A stretch of DNA of 64,000 bases from Octopus vulgaris (taxonomy: Eukaryota): contig OX597826.1 in the NCBI GenBank assembly GCA_951406725.2, positions 26,784,001 through 26,848,000 on the forward strand. Reading direction: 5' to 3'. The first letter of the stretch is position 1. Each line of letters begins with the position of its first letter. Below, in pieces: positions 40,614 through 56,560 of this stretch. The notes under the pieces were generated by a model. It did not search any database and was not told the origin of the DNA. It was given only the letters and a program-made list of their open reading frames with translations. A program made the translations under genes and the position numbers.

Positions 40614-40846
40614 GTACACATACATACCTACATACACAAACACATATGCAAATAGATAGTCACACGTACATAAAGCGCTTATTGAAGACGCTGTGTGAAG
40701 TATCTTACTAGGAAAAAAACATACATTCGACTAAAAGAATACAAGAAGACAAGAGGTTAACAGGAAGCAAGTTAGAACTGTTGATAAATGTATAGACCGC
40801 CATTTGATAGATATGAAAATAGACAGAGACAGATAGACAGACATAG

Positions 40847-40936
<90 letters not shown>

Positions 40937-41336
40937 TTAGATAGATAGATAAATAGTCCGATAGATAGAACAGAAAGGCAAATGGCTGTAAGACAGGCAG
41001 AATGAATATAGGAGAATTGCAGCGAAGAGTAAACAACAAAGACGGACGGAGTGAGATGCGAATAAAGATAGACAATGAGTGATAAGACTGAATATAAGAG
41101 AAAGATATAATATGAAATATTCTAGGGTGTAGGTTGGAGGTTAGTATAGTGAGGGGGTAGGAGGTTAGTATAAGGAGAATGTTTGAGAAAGTGACACAAC
41201 AAAGACGAGTGAGACAATTATCTCTTAATTTCTAAGAGTTGTGTAATCTTGCAGATTTCATATTGATTCGTTGAAAAACCGCAGTGAGAAAGACTGGTTT
41301 ACGATAACTACTTCCGCTCCGTTCGACAGGAAATAC

Positions 41337-41433
41337 CTGCCATCTAGTGAGCAAGCTGGACATTAGACATACATCAACAGCGCACTAAAGAGATGACAAG
41401 TCAGACTTCATTTTCATCTCCACTGTCTGCAAA
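41337..41433 (-). other. Candidate non-coding exon
   Basis: Minus strand reads ttttactttgtttcatgtacAG (or tttgcAG) ... gatgcag | GTATTT. Confidence 0.25.
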
Positions 41434-41515
41434 CTGTACATGAAACAAAGTAAAATGTAACACAAGAAAGAATGGTCGAAAGAGAGTAGGGATAAAGAAA
41501 GAGAGAGAGAGAGAT

Positions 41516-41558
<43 letters not shown>

Positions 41559-42585
41559 TAGGAGGATAGAAAGAAAGAAAGAATAAAATACAGAGGCGCA
41601 AAAATGTGAAATAAGGAGTAACGTGTCTATTTGGAAGACAATAAAACGCAAAGAAAGGAAAGAAGGAAAGAAAGAAAGAAAGAAAGAAAAGAAAGAAAAG
41701 AAAGAAAGAGTGAAAGAAAGGGAAAGAGGGAAAAAACTTAGAGAAAGACAGAAGGAATGAAGCCAAGAAAACAGCAAAAACGGAGGGAAAATGATTGGAA
41801 ATAAAGAAAAAACTCTGAAAATTTACTATTTGGAAACAAAAACAAAAAAAATGAAGGAGAAGAAGGAAGTAAAGAAAAGTATATAAATGAAAAAAATAAT
41901 AATAATAAACAAATATAAGATTGATAACATAAAATAAATAAATACGGCGGATAGGAACGAAAGACAGCGTGGAGAAAAAGAAAACGGTAATCGAAGGCAG
42001 CTAAGTTTGAGAGTGAATGTAGAATGGTTTTAATGAATGAAAACAGAAATGAAATCACGGTTATAGATTGAGCGACCAAAGAAAGAAAGAAGTGAAAGAG
42101 TGAATTTTCGCGGGATAATGAAGATGAAAAGGCGATAGATTAATTGAAGAATTTATAAATGAAGTGAAAAATTTTAGAACCTGTATTTAGTATGTGTCGT
42201 TGAGTATGGTTCTATAGGTGCGATGCATATGTAAACGTGTGTTTATGGGTGTGTTGTTTGTGTATTAGTATACGTGTTTATGCGTTTCTGTAGCTGTGTG
42301 TTTGAGTGTGGGTGTGTGTGAATTTGTAGGTAGGTGCGTAATGGATGTGTGTTAGAATGTATGTGCCTAGGTTTCAGAATGGACGCTCGTGTGTGTTTGT
42401 ACGTATGTGTGTGTGTATGTGTGTGTGTATGTGCTCGCGCAATGCTTGTGTGTGTGTGTATGGGTTTGATAAAATGTGTTGTGGAGGGAATGAGTTAATG
42501 GGTTTGTTAATGTGTATTTACGCGTGTGTGTGTGAGTGTGTAAGAGTGTCGAGAAGGAAGGAAAGCAAAAAAGTAGAAGAAAACT

Positions 42586-45350
<2,765 letters not shown>

Positions 45351-45407
45351 TATCGTACACAACAGTCCTGATGTTTTAAAAGCCAGCCTCCCTCATGCGT
45401 CACTCAC

Positions 45408-45755
45408 CGTACCTCTTATTCTTTTCACATCAACGCCAGCATTACTTCTCCAGCATCTTCTCATCTCCTTCTTCTCATTTAATATTCCAGTCTCTCTCTT
45501 TCTTTCTCTCTCTCCCTCTCTCTCACTTTCTCTCAGCCCATTTTTTTGTCTTTCTTTTCCTTGCTCATCCTTCGCAACAGTCTGTCATCATTGACTTAAA
45601 TGCTGTTCCGTTATTGCAGTTATTCTTTGATGGTTCAATCTTAACGTTGCTGTTCTTGCGATGTTTCACAATGAAACGCCGACTGCAGTTTGCGCATCAG
45701 TTCTTCTGGCGGCTGCAGTGGCATAAGAAGTGATAAACGGTGCGATTTAAAAAGC
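45408..45755 (-). other. Candidate exon, probably UTR or non-coding
   Basis: Donor acg|GTGAGT at 45407; possible acceptors ttgtttgcatgcAG (about 45756) or cttcttatgccactgcAG (about 45713); 5' boundary uncertain. Confidence 0.25.
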
Positions 45756-46922
45756 CCTGCATGCAAACAAATCCGCTCATACACACACTCACACACTCAG
45801 ATACACACACATATACGTACATATGCACATCTTCCGAAAGATCGATATATGTGTGTGTGTATGTGTGTGTGTGTGTATGATTGTGTAAGTGTGTGTCTAT
45901 ATATATATACATACACACATTGAATCAAAGTGAACAAGGAGTACAGTTGGACATTTCTAATCACTACAATTGTTTCCACGCAACGTAGTTCTCCAGGCTT
46001 GCAGGTATTTGGTAAATTCTGAAGGTAGACGAAGTTCTTAATATAACATAACCATATATATATATATAGTCAATAATAATAAAGTGTAAAATTAATTAAT
46101 TAATTTGTAATTAATAATTTTACCAAGCAGTGTTCAGTATGTAAAAAGATCATTTACGGTAAATTTAAACATTACTTTATATAATTAGGGTGTAATTATA
46201 TATATATATATTAAATATATATATATATATACAAACATATATGTGTGTATATATACACTTTTAAGTTATGTATTATACGTGTAGTTTACTTTTTTCTCCT
46301 TGTTTCTTTCTTTCTTTCTTTCTTTTTTATAAATAATACATGAGATTGTTATAAAAAATAAACCTCCACGAATCTAGACATAGCTAAATAATATATTGAC
46401 TGCAAACCTCCAGCCTGTCGTTAATTTGGGTCCCTTGTCTGTCTATGAAGATAGCTTCCTTATTCCTTAGATTCCTCAAATTTATTTCATTGGCCTCAAT
46501 TGTAACTGTTATGCTTTTGTCGGTGTTCCGACATCTATCTAGACGTTTTCTGAAGGAGGAGGCTCTCGCGTTTAGATGTTTTTTGATGCGAATTTGTAAC
46601 GGTCGTGTGTGTGTATGTATATGTGGAAACCTTCTCACCCGATATTCGAAACTTTAAATAAAGCTTTAAGGTTTGTGTATATTGCCCGTTGAAGTCATGT
46701 AAAGTATCGGAGGTAAATTGCGAAAGCAATGCTTCTCATCGCCGCCGAAAGAAGAATCACATAAGGAAAAGAGTGGGTACTTTCGAAAAAACACGGATAT
46801 TTCATGCAGAATTTAGGCAAGTTGCTTCAAAACACACCGACAGTGTAGTGAATAGATGAAGCTTGGTCTGCAATAGCTGCGAGCGTGTACGGTCTCAGAA
46901 TGTATAGAAAGGGAAACTTTTT

Positions 46923-47093
46923 CTGTAGCTTTTAGCCCCAGGAGATCATCGTTTCCAACTGGATTTAGGCACACTATCTGTGCCCTTATGGTATTTGCAA
47001 AGGGATGGCCTCCCTTTGCAAATACCATAAGGGAACAGATAGTGTGCCTAAAGCCAGCTGGAGACGATGATCTCCTGGGGCTACAAGCTACAG
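46923..47093. repeat. 171-bp GC-balanced palindrome (83-bp arms, 5-nt spacer)
   Basis: Arms 46923-47005 and 47011-47093 are reverse complements, with 5 mismatches by eye. Confidence 0.95.
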
Positions 47094-49714
47094 TAACCCC
47101 CCCCTTTGTGGTTAGCCATATTGAGATGGCTATTATACTTTACATTGTCGAGCGGTTACTGTTTACATCTCGTTCTGAGATTTAATAATGAAACTTTTTT
47201 TATTTGAAATTTATTTGAAATCTGAAGGTACAGAAGTTTACTTTCAGCCTAGGAGTATCAAATAAATGAAGAATGGAATTATTGGTTCGCATTTAGTTCC
47301 ATTATTTTTAATATTGTATGGCTGACGAATATTATCATCTGAGTAAAGATGGGAGAACGATATAACACTGTCATATCGATTAGATTGAAACACAGTTACC
47401 TTATCATAAGTTTGTTATGTAAATACATATACGTACATACATATATGTATGTATGTATATTGAGAAAAAGGAGGCAGTCAGAATTTCAGATAATTCTTTA
47501 TTAGCGCTTTCGTTCGTTTTTCGAACTCGTCAAGATAAAATCAAAGTCAAAATCAGATACATTTTTGTTTTGTTTAGAAGAGGAAAATATAGTTTTTCTT
47601 CTTTTGGAAAATGGGGTGGAGACAGAAAGAGAAGCAAAGAGGTGGAAATAGAGAGGGAGGTTTCAAGACGACCAAGAAAGAGAAAAATAATAAAGGGTGG
47701 GGGAAGGATAGATCTATCCTTTCACCAACCTTTATTATTTTTACCCTCTTTCTTGACTGTCCTGAAAACTGTCAATTTCCCCCTCTTTGTTTTTCTTTCT
47801 TCCGTTTTTTCTTTCTTTCCTTCTTTCTTTCTTTCTGTCTCTCTCTCTCTCTCCTTTTTTGCAAAAGAACAAGAATAATATTCTCCCCTTCTATACAAAG
47901 CAAAAACAAGCATCTGATTCATATAAATGAATAACGAATCGTTCCCTTTTATACCCTTTTGATTTTGATTTTGAGTTGACGAGTTCGAAAAACAAACGAA
48001 AGTGCTAAACAAAAATTGCCCAAAATTCTGACAGCCACCCTGTTCACAATATATAATATCTGCACCCCACTTCAAACACACGTATAATAATGACGGTTAT
48101 TCTCCGATTTGAAGCTACAATTGTTTGAATATACACAAATGAGCGAAAAATGGTGAGCTAACGTCAGGCTAAATCGAACTCAAAAATCGACGCTTTCATG
48201 GCTCCATGCGAATCCGATTCGCCAAACGCTCAACTATCAATCTCAGTCAAATTTAGTTAACATACACTTAAACTGTCTTGATACTACATAATATTTTTAT
48301 GCACAAACCCGAAAGGCTTTGCGAGTTACGGAGAGAAAGCTACTATGGAAGGCTCAAAGTATAATAATTGTATAAATACCTGTACATAATGATATTTATT
48401 CTCCTATTTGAAGCGACAAATTTTAAAAAACTATAAACGACGCGTTTATGGTCATTTGCGAATCTGATTGGCCAAACACGCACCCATCAATTTGAATATG
48501 TTTAGCTGTGTGTGTGTGTGGTATATGTACATATATGTGTGTATGTATGTATATATACATGCATACATCTATATGTATATATGCACACACACACACACAC
48601 ACACACAGAGGAAGGTAAAATAGCTAGGCAAATAAGATTTGCATTACTTTCTGGTGTATATGCGTGCGTGCGATCATTTGTCTGGAGTAACGCGAATACT
48701 GCGGAATAACGCAAATACTGCGGAAAGAATGCAAAACCGTTCATTTGTCGACTACTACATACCACAACAACAACAACAAAAATTACTACTAATGTCGCTG
48801 CTGCTGCTGCTACTACTGCTATTACTACAATTACACCTGCCCTATGCACTGCGCCGGCTCTATTCTACAATATAGCCAGGCGTTGCCATGTCTTCCCAGT
48901 TAGGACGAAATTCACAACCAAAAATGGCACATGTAATAAACGATGCGTGTTGAAAGCCAATAACATACGGTGAACCATTCTGCTTTTGAAATCATTAATT
49001 GATGTAAATAATTGCTCTATATACATTATATATTCCCTCGCTGAACAAATATCTACGACAGATGATGACTTAAACTAACATGTAATTTCCCAGCGCTTGA
49101 TTGAATCAAATTCAGTGATAACTCATTATGGTAAATGCTACTACACAACAAGAATGTAGTTATGTCACTGCGGTTTATGTTTTTCCTGGATTTATTAATC
49201 CTGTGTTGTTATATCATACTTAATGTGGTAGATAACGATATCTAAATCTGATACATCCTGATGTATTACAGCATAAGCCTCGAGTTGATTCCTCTGTGAG
49301 CAACGACGCTAAATAGTTTATAATGAAATAAATAGAATATACGAACGTGTAACATGATTTTAGTCCTTGGGTAGCAACAGTTATTTGCTACTTATATACC
49401 CCTAGAAAGTATGAAAAAATGGCTATTTTCTTCAAACTTTGCTTTTGTTACATTTATTCAAAACTCGAAAGAATCCGCTGTTGCCCTTGAACATGGGCGC
49501 TAAACCAAGTAACTCTTCTCAGTAGGACTCTGTTCCAATGTTAAGAACTATAGCCATTTTATTATTATTTTCATTTGTAGGTGATTATACTTAGGTGGAC
49601 TTTCCATCCATACTCCCATTACTCCTACTCATGATTAGAAATGCACATATTGTCAATCACTAAGGGACATGCTCAACTGTTTAAGATCAAACCACTGACA
49701 AGTAAATATGTAGT

Positions 49715-50130
49715 GTTGAACAGAATATTTGTTATAACGATATTTCTGCTTCAGCAACTCAGCGCTGAATCTGATTGAAATGTAATGGAAAATAGGTTAG
49801 TTTCAAAACACTGACGTCCAGATCACAAAAACAAATTTTGAAAGGAATAGTAATTATTTCCTTTGATTTCTAGATAGAAGCAAAGAGGAAATAACACTTA
49901 CTGACCAAAAACACCAAGTAAATTTGTGTTATTGAGCGGAATATTTGCTATAATGATATTTATGCTTAAGCAACTCAGCACTGATTCTGTCTGAAATGTA
50001 ATGAGAAATAAGTCAGTTTCAAAACACTGATGTCCAGGTCACAAAAGCAAAGTTTGAAGAGAATAGTAGTCACTTCCATTGGTTTCTTAATAGAGGTAAA
50101 TAGAAAAATAACAGTTACTGACCAAAGACA
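49715..50130 (+). repeat. Diverged tandem duplication, 216-nt period
   Basis: gaatatttg.tataa.gatattt.tgctt.agcaactcagc.ctga...gtttcaaaacactga.gtccag.tcacaaaa at 49723 and 49939. Confidence 0.85.
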
Positions 50131-51073
50131 AAAGGAAAAAGAATTGTTACACTCTGTTATTACAAGCATAACATTGATTTTCCGGAATTTTTGGTTCTAA
50201 AGCTGTTTCGGATTTCAGAATGTTTTCCAACTACGGTTTAGCTTTTGGCGTGGCATTCGTAAACCGCCCAAGTCCCGCTGAGGTACTGTAGTATAGGATT
50301 GTAGGGACATTAGAAAACGGGAACTGCGTAAGTCCAGAGCTAGCATCTTGTCTTCAGTCCTTGCAGAACCACCGATCCGCAATATGTGGCTGAGCCTTCC
50401 GAGCATGCATCAGACAGATCAACCAGAGCCGGATACACTTGATCTGTCCTCTACCCCATCTGATGTCCTCGGTCGTCGACGACAACGACAAACAAACTAA
50501 TAATAATATTTTTTATGTAAGATTCTAGTAAACTTATCTAGCAACCGGGGGAATTTGAAGTTCGTGAACAAAAACTAGGATGGGATGTACGAGATTCCAC
50601 ATCATTAGTGTCCGAAAAATTGGCGTTGTCCGGCCATATAACTGGACAATTGCATACGTTCCGAAAAGAACATGCATGGTTCTGTTCAAGTTCCACATGG
50701 AAGAAACAAAGTGAGGGCAGAAACTAAAAGCAATCTCTTCATGCGGAGGAGTTAAAAGACGGGTGATTGGGAAAGAAGTTTATGGTGAATGAAACTACTC
50801 TAAACCTAGCATATAGATCAGAGTACAATAGATAACCGAGGACTTCAGTCTTTGGCGGTAAAAATGATTCTGGATCAGTGAGTTCCTTCATCATCCTTAG
50901 CTGTGACCTCCTTTATATCAGAAAGACTGCATTATCCATGTGTTCACATATTTTATATACCATGTATACGTTTCTCACATTCCCCCTAATTTTCCCGTTC
51001 TCTTCATCATTTTTATGGAAACCTTCACACAAAAAGTAATGTTTCCTTGTTATGACGCTGGTAAATAAAACAT

Positions 51074-51285
51074 CGAGTTGGCAGAATCGTTAGCACGCCG
51101 GACAAAATGCTTAGCTGCATTTCGCCCCTACTTTACGTTCTGGGTTCAAATTCCGCCGAGGTCATCTTTACTTTTCATCATTTAGAGGTCGATAAAATAA
51201 GTACAACTTGACCACTGGGATGGCTATAATCCACTTGCTCCCAGTTTCGAAAATGGTGGCCTCGTGCCAAAATTTGAAATCATCA
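51074..51285 (+). mobile_element. SINE family B copy
   Basis: cgagttggcagaatcgttagcacgccggac...gttcaaattccgccgaggtc. Confidence 0.8.
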
Positions 51286-52474
51286 TCATCCTCATCATCA
51301 TCATCAGCAGCAGCATAGATATTCTGTGCAACTCGCTGCTGTCCTTGAACATGGGCGCTAAACCAAGTAATCCTTCTCAGTAGGACTCTGTTCCAAGGTT
51401 AAGAAATAAAGCCATTGTATTATTATTATTATCATTAGTAGGTCATGATACTTAGGTGGACTTTCCTTCCATTTACTTTACATTGCACGCGCTGGAATTA
51501 GGATTTAAAATTTACGATCTGAAACGCTTAAGATGATGGGGATTATTTTTAGGAAAAGCTACGGTGGATGCTGTTTTAAAACAGATCTAGATGGCGATTA
51601 ATTTTAGATTCTTTCTATGTTATATGACTCAAACGCATTAACTGGTTTTCTGCAACGATTAATTCTTATTCATATTATGTTATCATAGGAGATATATATA
51701 TATGCTGAGATCACGAAAAATAAAACCTGTGTTATTAGAAGAACGTATGTAGGATGAAGGGAGGGAAACAAGGATAATCTGATTAGAGAACGGCCAGTTT
51801 CCAACCGCAAAATTCACATTAGAAGAATGAATGGAATGTAGACGCTATAGTGATTAGTTCCAACCATATGTGTTCTGAGTTCTATTTTCGAAAAAGAAAG
51901 GACAGCGAAACATAACGAAAATACATACATACATATAGATAGATAAATAGATAGATATACGTATATACATATATAAGATTAGCTGAGTTAGCGGTTAAAA
52001 TAACCGTCTAAGGGATAGAAGTATCAGTTATACTACCGGTATATTACCTAAGTTTAACTATGGACATACATATGCAAACATGTTATGCTCATAAATTATG
52101 GGTATAAACAAGGGTAAGCGTGAGTTTATCAACAAACAAAATTTAATAGAGAAAATGGAGAAATATTAGTGACTTAGATCAATTATTTATTAATTCGAAA
52201 CTAATTGACTGCATCCCATATAACAGCAGTTTCTGCTTCCAATTTTGTATGGAATTGCCATTGATATACTAAAAATAATTATCATATTTGGTAATAAAAC
52301 AGATCTGAAACATGGAGCTTCATCAGAGTGAAGAATAAATAAATAAATAAACTAAAATTGATGTATGTACATACAGAAATGTATATATAAATTGTGCGCA
52401 AGTACCGGTATGTCATTGCGTAGTTACATGTGAATTCTTATTCAAACCTCACTAATTTATACACCCCACCACAC

Positions 52475-52533
<59 letters not shown>

Positions 52534-52829
52534 TGTGTGTGTGTATGTATGTATATATATATATACATATATACATACATATATATATATATGTGTGTAT
52601 ATATATATATACACGAGCAAAACACACACCCCCCCGTCCAATGGACGGTGCTGAATCATATCTGCTGAATAAAAAGCAATCAGTGTTTTCTTTTCAATTA
52701 AATTTTTGGTTTTGTTTAACGAAGTTAAGGCAAAAAAATAATAACTTCTTGGGAAACCAAATAGTCTTTCCTTCCTTCATGCCAAGTTTCAAGAAAATAT
52801 CTCTTTTGCATCTTACTTTTTTGGTCTCT

Positions 52830-53122
52830 TAAATATACTGCATTTTGCGGCATTATTTGATGCCAACCGGCTTTTTTGCGCAAACTGCACTTGCATCTTT
52901 CTCGCGTACGCGTAGTATCGATCGCAACAGATGATGTACTTGCGCGTACAAATGTACGTTCCCACGGCTTTATCGATCGCATTCTCACCTGGAATCGATT
53001 TTTGTAACTTTTTCAAGATTTGTACACGCCCTGATACTGTGGGTATCTACATATCAAGTTTGAACGCAATCGGATGGAGGATGCCCGAAATTCTAGAAGA
53101 CACACAGACAGACAGAACGGAT
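52830..53122 (-). mobile_element. Non-autonomous Helitron/Helentron-like (DINE-1-type) fragment
   Basis: CpG-rich body ending atcaagtttgaacgcaatcggatg...acacacagacagacaga, like the subterminal motif plus microsatellite of these elements (from recall). Confidence 0.45.
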
Positions 53123-53131
53123 TAAGGTGAA

Positions 53132-54096
53132 TAAATACAAAATATGCAACATATCAAGTAGTAATGCAGTACGACCGTATACATATATATAATGTATTAC
53201 CATTACCTCAATATCTCGCTCCTTATTCATGCTTTAAAATTAATAGATAGTATGTATATCTTTCCAGATATACTACATGTAAGTACCTTGTGCGGCCTTT
53301 ATAGAAACCACCTAATAATTTATTAATTAATCACTAGAATGGTTATCAAACTGATTCTACATAATATTCCTTTTTGATTTGTATAATTGATATATATACA
53401 CCTGTCGACTATTTTGGTTATGATATCATTTTCGAATTCTTAAATTTTATTTTTATACAACATAATATTGTTTATACACGTTCCGCAATCGTTCCCCTCA
53501 TAAATTTTCCATGAATTAACATCTTAAGTTTGTGTCTTTCCCCTTTAACTGGTAACAAGCATCATGATTGAAAGTCTTCCCCTACCCTGCCTCTTTTTTT
53601 ATAGATAGTTACTTCTACGAAACTGAGTTTTCCCAATGTCTTATTTCCTTTCTCTTGGGGAAAAGGAATACCTATAATAATATTCATGACCATACCTAGC
53701 CATGAGCTATCAACTCACACTTGTTCTTTATTTAAGATAAACACAGTCTTCTAGACTCAGATTTTAATAGATGATAAAGCGATAAATAAATTAGAAATTA
53801 ATTACAAGCCTTACAACCCTGAGAACCCACTATGCTTCATGCGATTCTTACAAATTGCAGTCTATTCTTAGGCACTTTGCTACAATAGCGACATAATTTT
53901 CTTCCATCTTTTTAGTCTGTTAAAATATTTAAGAAAAATCATATTAATGTGTCCTACTTGTTAAAAAATTCTATATATTGTGTAGCTGAAGATAGCACTG
54001 CATTTAAATTGATGTAATGATTGCATTGTTCAATTAAATGGGGCCGCTTGGAACGGTCGTACTGCATTACTACTTGATATCCTGTTGCTTATTTTG

Positions 54097-54100
<4 letters not shown>
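53132..54100 (+). mobile_element. Penelope-like remnant with inverted terminal copy and hammerhead (53981-54066, GAAA changed to GGAA)
   Basis: 53132-53178 is the reverse complement of 54053-54100; tgtag-CTGAAGA-t-agc..gct-t-GGAA-cggtcg-TA-ctgca; ends in (TA)n. Confidence 0.65.
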
Positions 54101-54135
<35 letters not shown>

Positions 54136-54388
54136 GTTAATCCAAACCTGAAAACACAAAGAGAAAACACAAAAACGCGAGGACGTGGAACAAGTATAGT
54201 GTTATTGGACGCTCAGGAAATGAAAGAAAGAAGGAGGATTTAATATATATATATATATCAATATTGCGGTCGCACGAGGAGATATAGGTGGTCGCGTGCA
54301 TACGTGCATATATATGTATGTATACGTTCGTATATGTAATTATATCGTATGTTGTATATATATTTGTATTTATGGACTATCTGAGTAT

Positions 54389-54447
54389 ATTCCACTGATG
54401 AAGGCAGAGCATTTCTTATGCAGAGCCAGAAATCCGGGATCTGGAAT
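54389..54447 (+). ncRNA. Type I hammerhead ribozyme motif, core intact
   Basis: attcca-CTGATGA-a-ggc aga gcat..atgc aga gcc-a-GAAA-tcc g gga-TC-tggaat; 6-bp stem I; AUC triplet. Confidence 0.8.
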
Positions 54448-54941
54448 TATCCAGTAATTGTTTTGCTAGTTTATTTTGTCTCTATCTCTTCTCTCCTGGT
54501 GCTGTATGAACATTTAATGTGGTTTTAGAGTCAAATTTTTGCTGCTATCTCCAGCGTGTTGGTATCTCTTATATACCCTAAATTATAATTTCATATATAT
54601 TGTAAATGTTCATAATAACACTTCCAACCAGCTAACATCATACGGCATGAGAGCCAGTGCCTCGTAGTGCATCTTATCCGTTGAGGATACGGGTATTTCT
54701 GGCTTTTCAATTTACGATTCTTTTCGTTATTGGCACGAGGGCTTAAAATTTCTGCTCCACCTCCGGGTTTCACTTGATGAATATCAGTGAAAATTTGTGT
54801 TTGTAGTCGTCTTCTGGCTGCTATTTTTAACGTGTTAGTGTCATTTCTAACAACCTTAATTATTGATATATATCTATATCTATATCTATATATGTATATA
54901 TATACTAGCGAATCCAAAAATACGAATGAGATCTATATCTC

Positions 54942-55004
<63 letters not shown>

Positions 55005-55005
55005 T

Positions 55006-55689
55006 AAATCACAATAAGGGTGAAAAAAATTGAATATTAATTAATAACATCAATTTAAAACACCAAGTGGCCTAGCGTAAAAAAACTGTGATACAGTAAA
55101 AATTGTTAATGCAAGTAATAAGAGAGAGACCACATGTGGTCACTCTAACGCTAGAAATAGATCCGCAAAGGGAATCAACCACTAAAGAATTGTTCTCAAG
55201 CATTAATTCAACACGCCAAGAATGTAAGCGGGCAGGACAAATGAAAAATAACGAAAAAATAGATTAACGAAAAAAATAGATTGTTTCATCGTTAATAGAT
55301 TGTGTAATTTTACTTACATAATCATTTTCGAATCCTCAGTAGAGTATATCAAAAATATAATTTGCTGAACCGAACGCCAAAATCCATACGAAGCCGAGCA
55401 AAGGCGAACGGCACAGTCGATTATATTTGCAGTTATGTTCAAATATCCTCATTTTTGGCGCGTTGAAAATACTGAATGTAAATACTACCCCAGTAATTTA
55501 CTGCCGGTTTGAGAAGATATTAATTTATAATTAAAATCACAATAAGGGTGAAAAAATTGAATATTAATTAATATCATCAATTTAAAACACAAAATTAATG
55601 CTTGAGAACAATTCTTTAGTGGTTGATTCCCTTTGCGGATCTATTTCTAGCATTAGAGTGACCACATGTGGTCTCTCTCTTATTACTTG

Positions 55690-55690
<1 letters not shown>
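55006..55690 (-). mobile_element. Retrozyme-like unit with 528-nt period, terminal inversion and a hammerhead lacking its cleavage site (55277-55342)
   Basis: aaatcacaataagggtg repeated at 55006 and 55534; 55593-55689 inverts about 55112-55208; reverse complement CTGAGGA-t-tcg...cga-t-GAAA-caat; loop II similar to that of 18410-18484; (TA)n on both sides. Confidence 0.7.
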
Positions 55691-55728
<38 letters not shown>

Positions 55729-55936
55729 ATATATATATATATGTGTATATATATATATATATATAGGCATATATATATATACATATAGATATATGTATGT
55801 ATATATGATGTATTCATGTATATATGTATCTGTAGATAAACGTCTGGGCTCTGGGTGATTGTATTAGCATGTATATGTGCGTCTGTATAAAAATATATAC
55901 GAGTGTGTTGATGCATATATACATACATGTATATAG

Positions 55937-55982
<46 letters not shown>

Positions 55983-56156
55983 ATATATATATATATATAC
56001 ATACATACATATATATATATACATATATACATACATGTATATATGTATACATACATATATATATTCATAGATATATACCCATGTATACACTAACTATACA
56101 TATATATGTAAGTCGTTTATCTATGCACTTGTATATGCGTGTATATTTTAAATGTT

Positions 56157-56199
<43 letters not shown>

Positions 56200-56525
56200 A
56201 TGCTGCATTGTGAGTAGAAACAAACTTATGCAGTGCACGGTATGTGCGTTTTAAAGCACTTGGGGCGCCTTAGAATTTTATGCCTGATTTGTACATTTGT
56301 CGCTTCAATATTTCGCACTATTAACTCTATTGTAAATCCACATCATGTTATATTGATGTTAAACTTTTTTCTATACCATTAAAGCACCGCTTATCTTTTT
56401 TCTAAGTTTCTTTTTTTTATCACAACTCTTTTTGTCTTTGTTTTTCTTCCTCTGTCACATCTTCCGCTATGTCTTTATGTATCTGCCGCTACCTCTCATT
56501 CAAATCCCTTGTCTTGTTTTATTCT

Positions 56526-56560
<35 letters not shown>

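Noticed and set aside
46580-46670. ttgatgc-gaat...attc-GAAA-cttt aaat aaag hammerhead-like fold
   Set aside because: Two core changes, no NUH and no stem I; not supportable without paralogues
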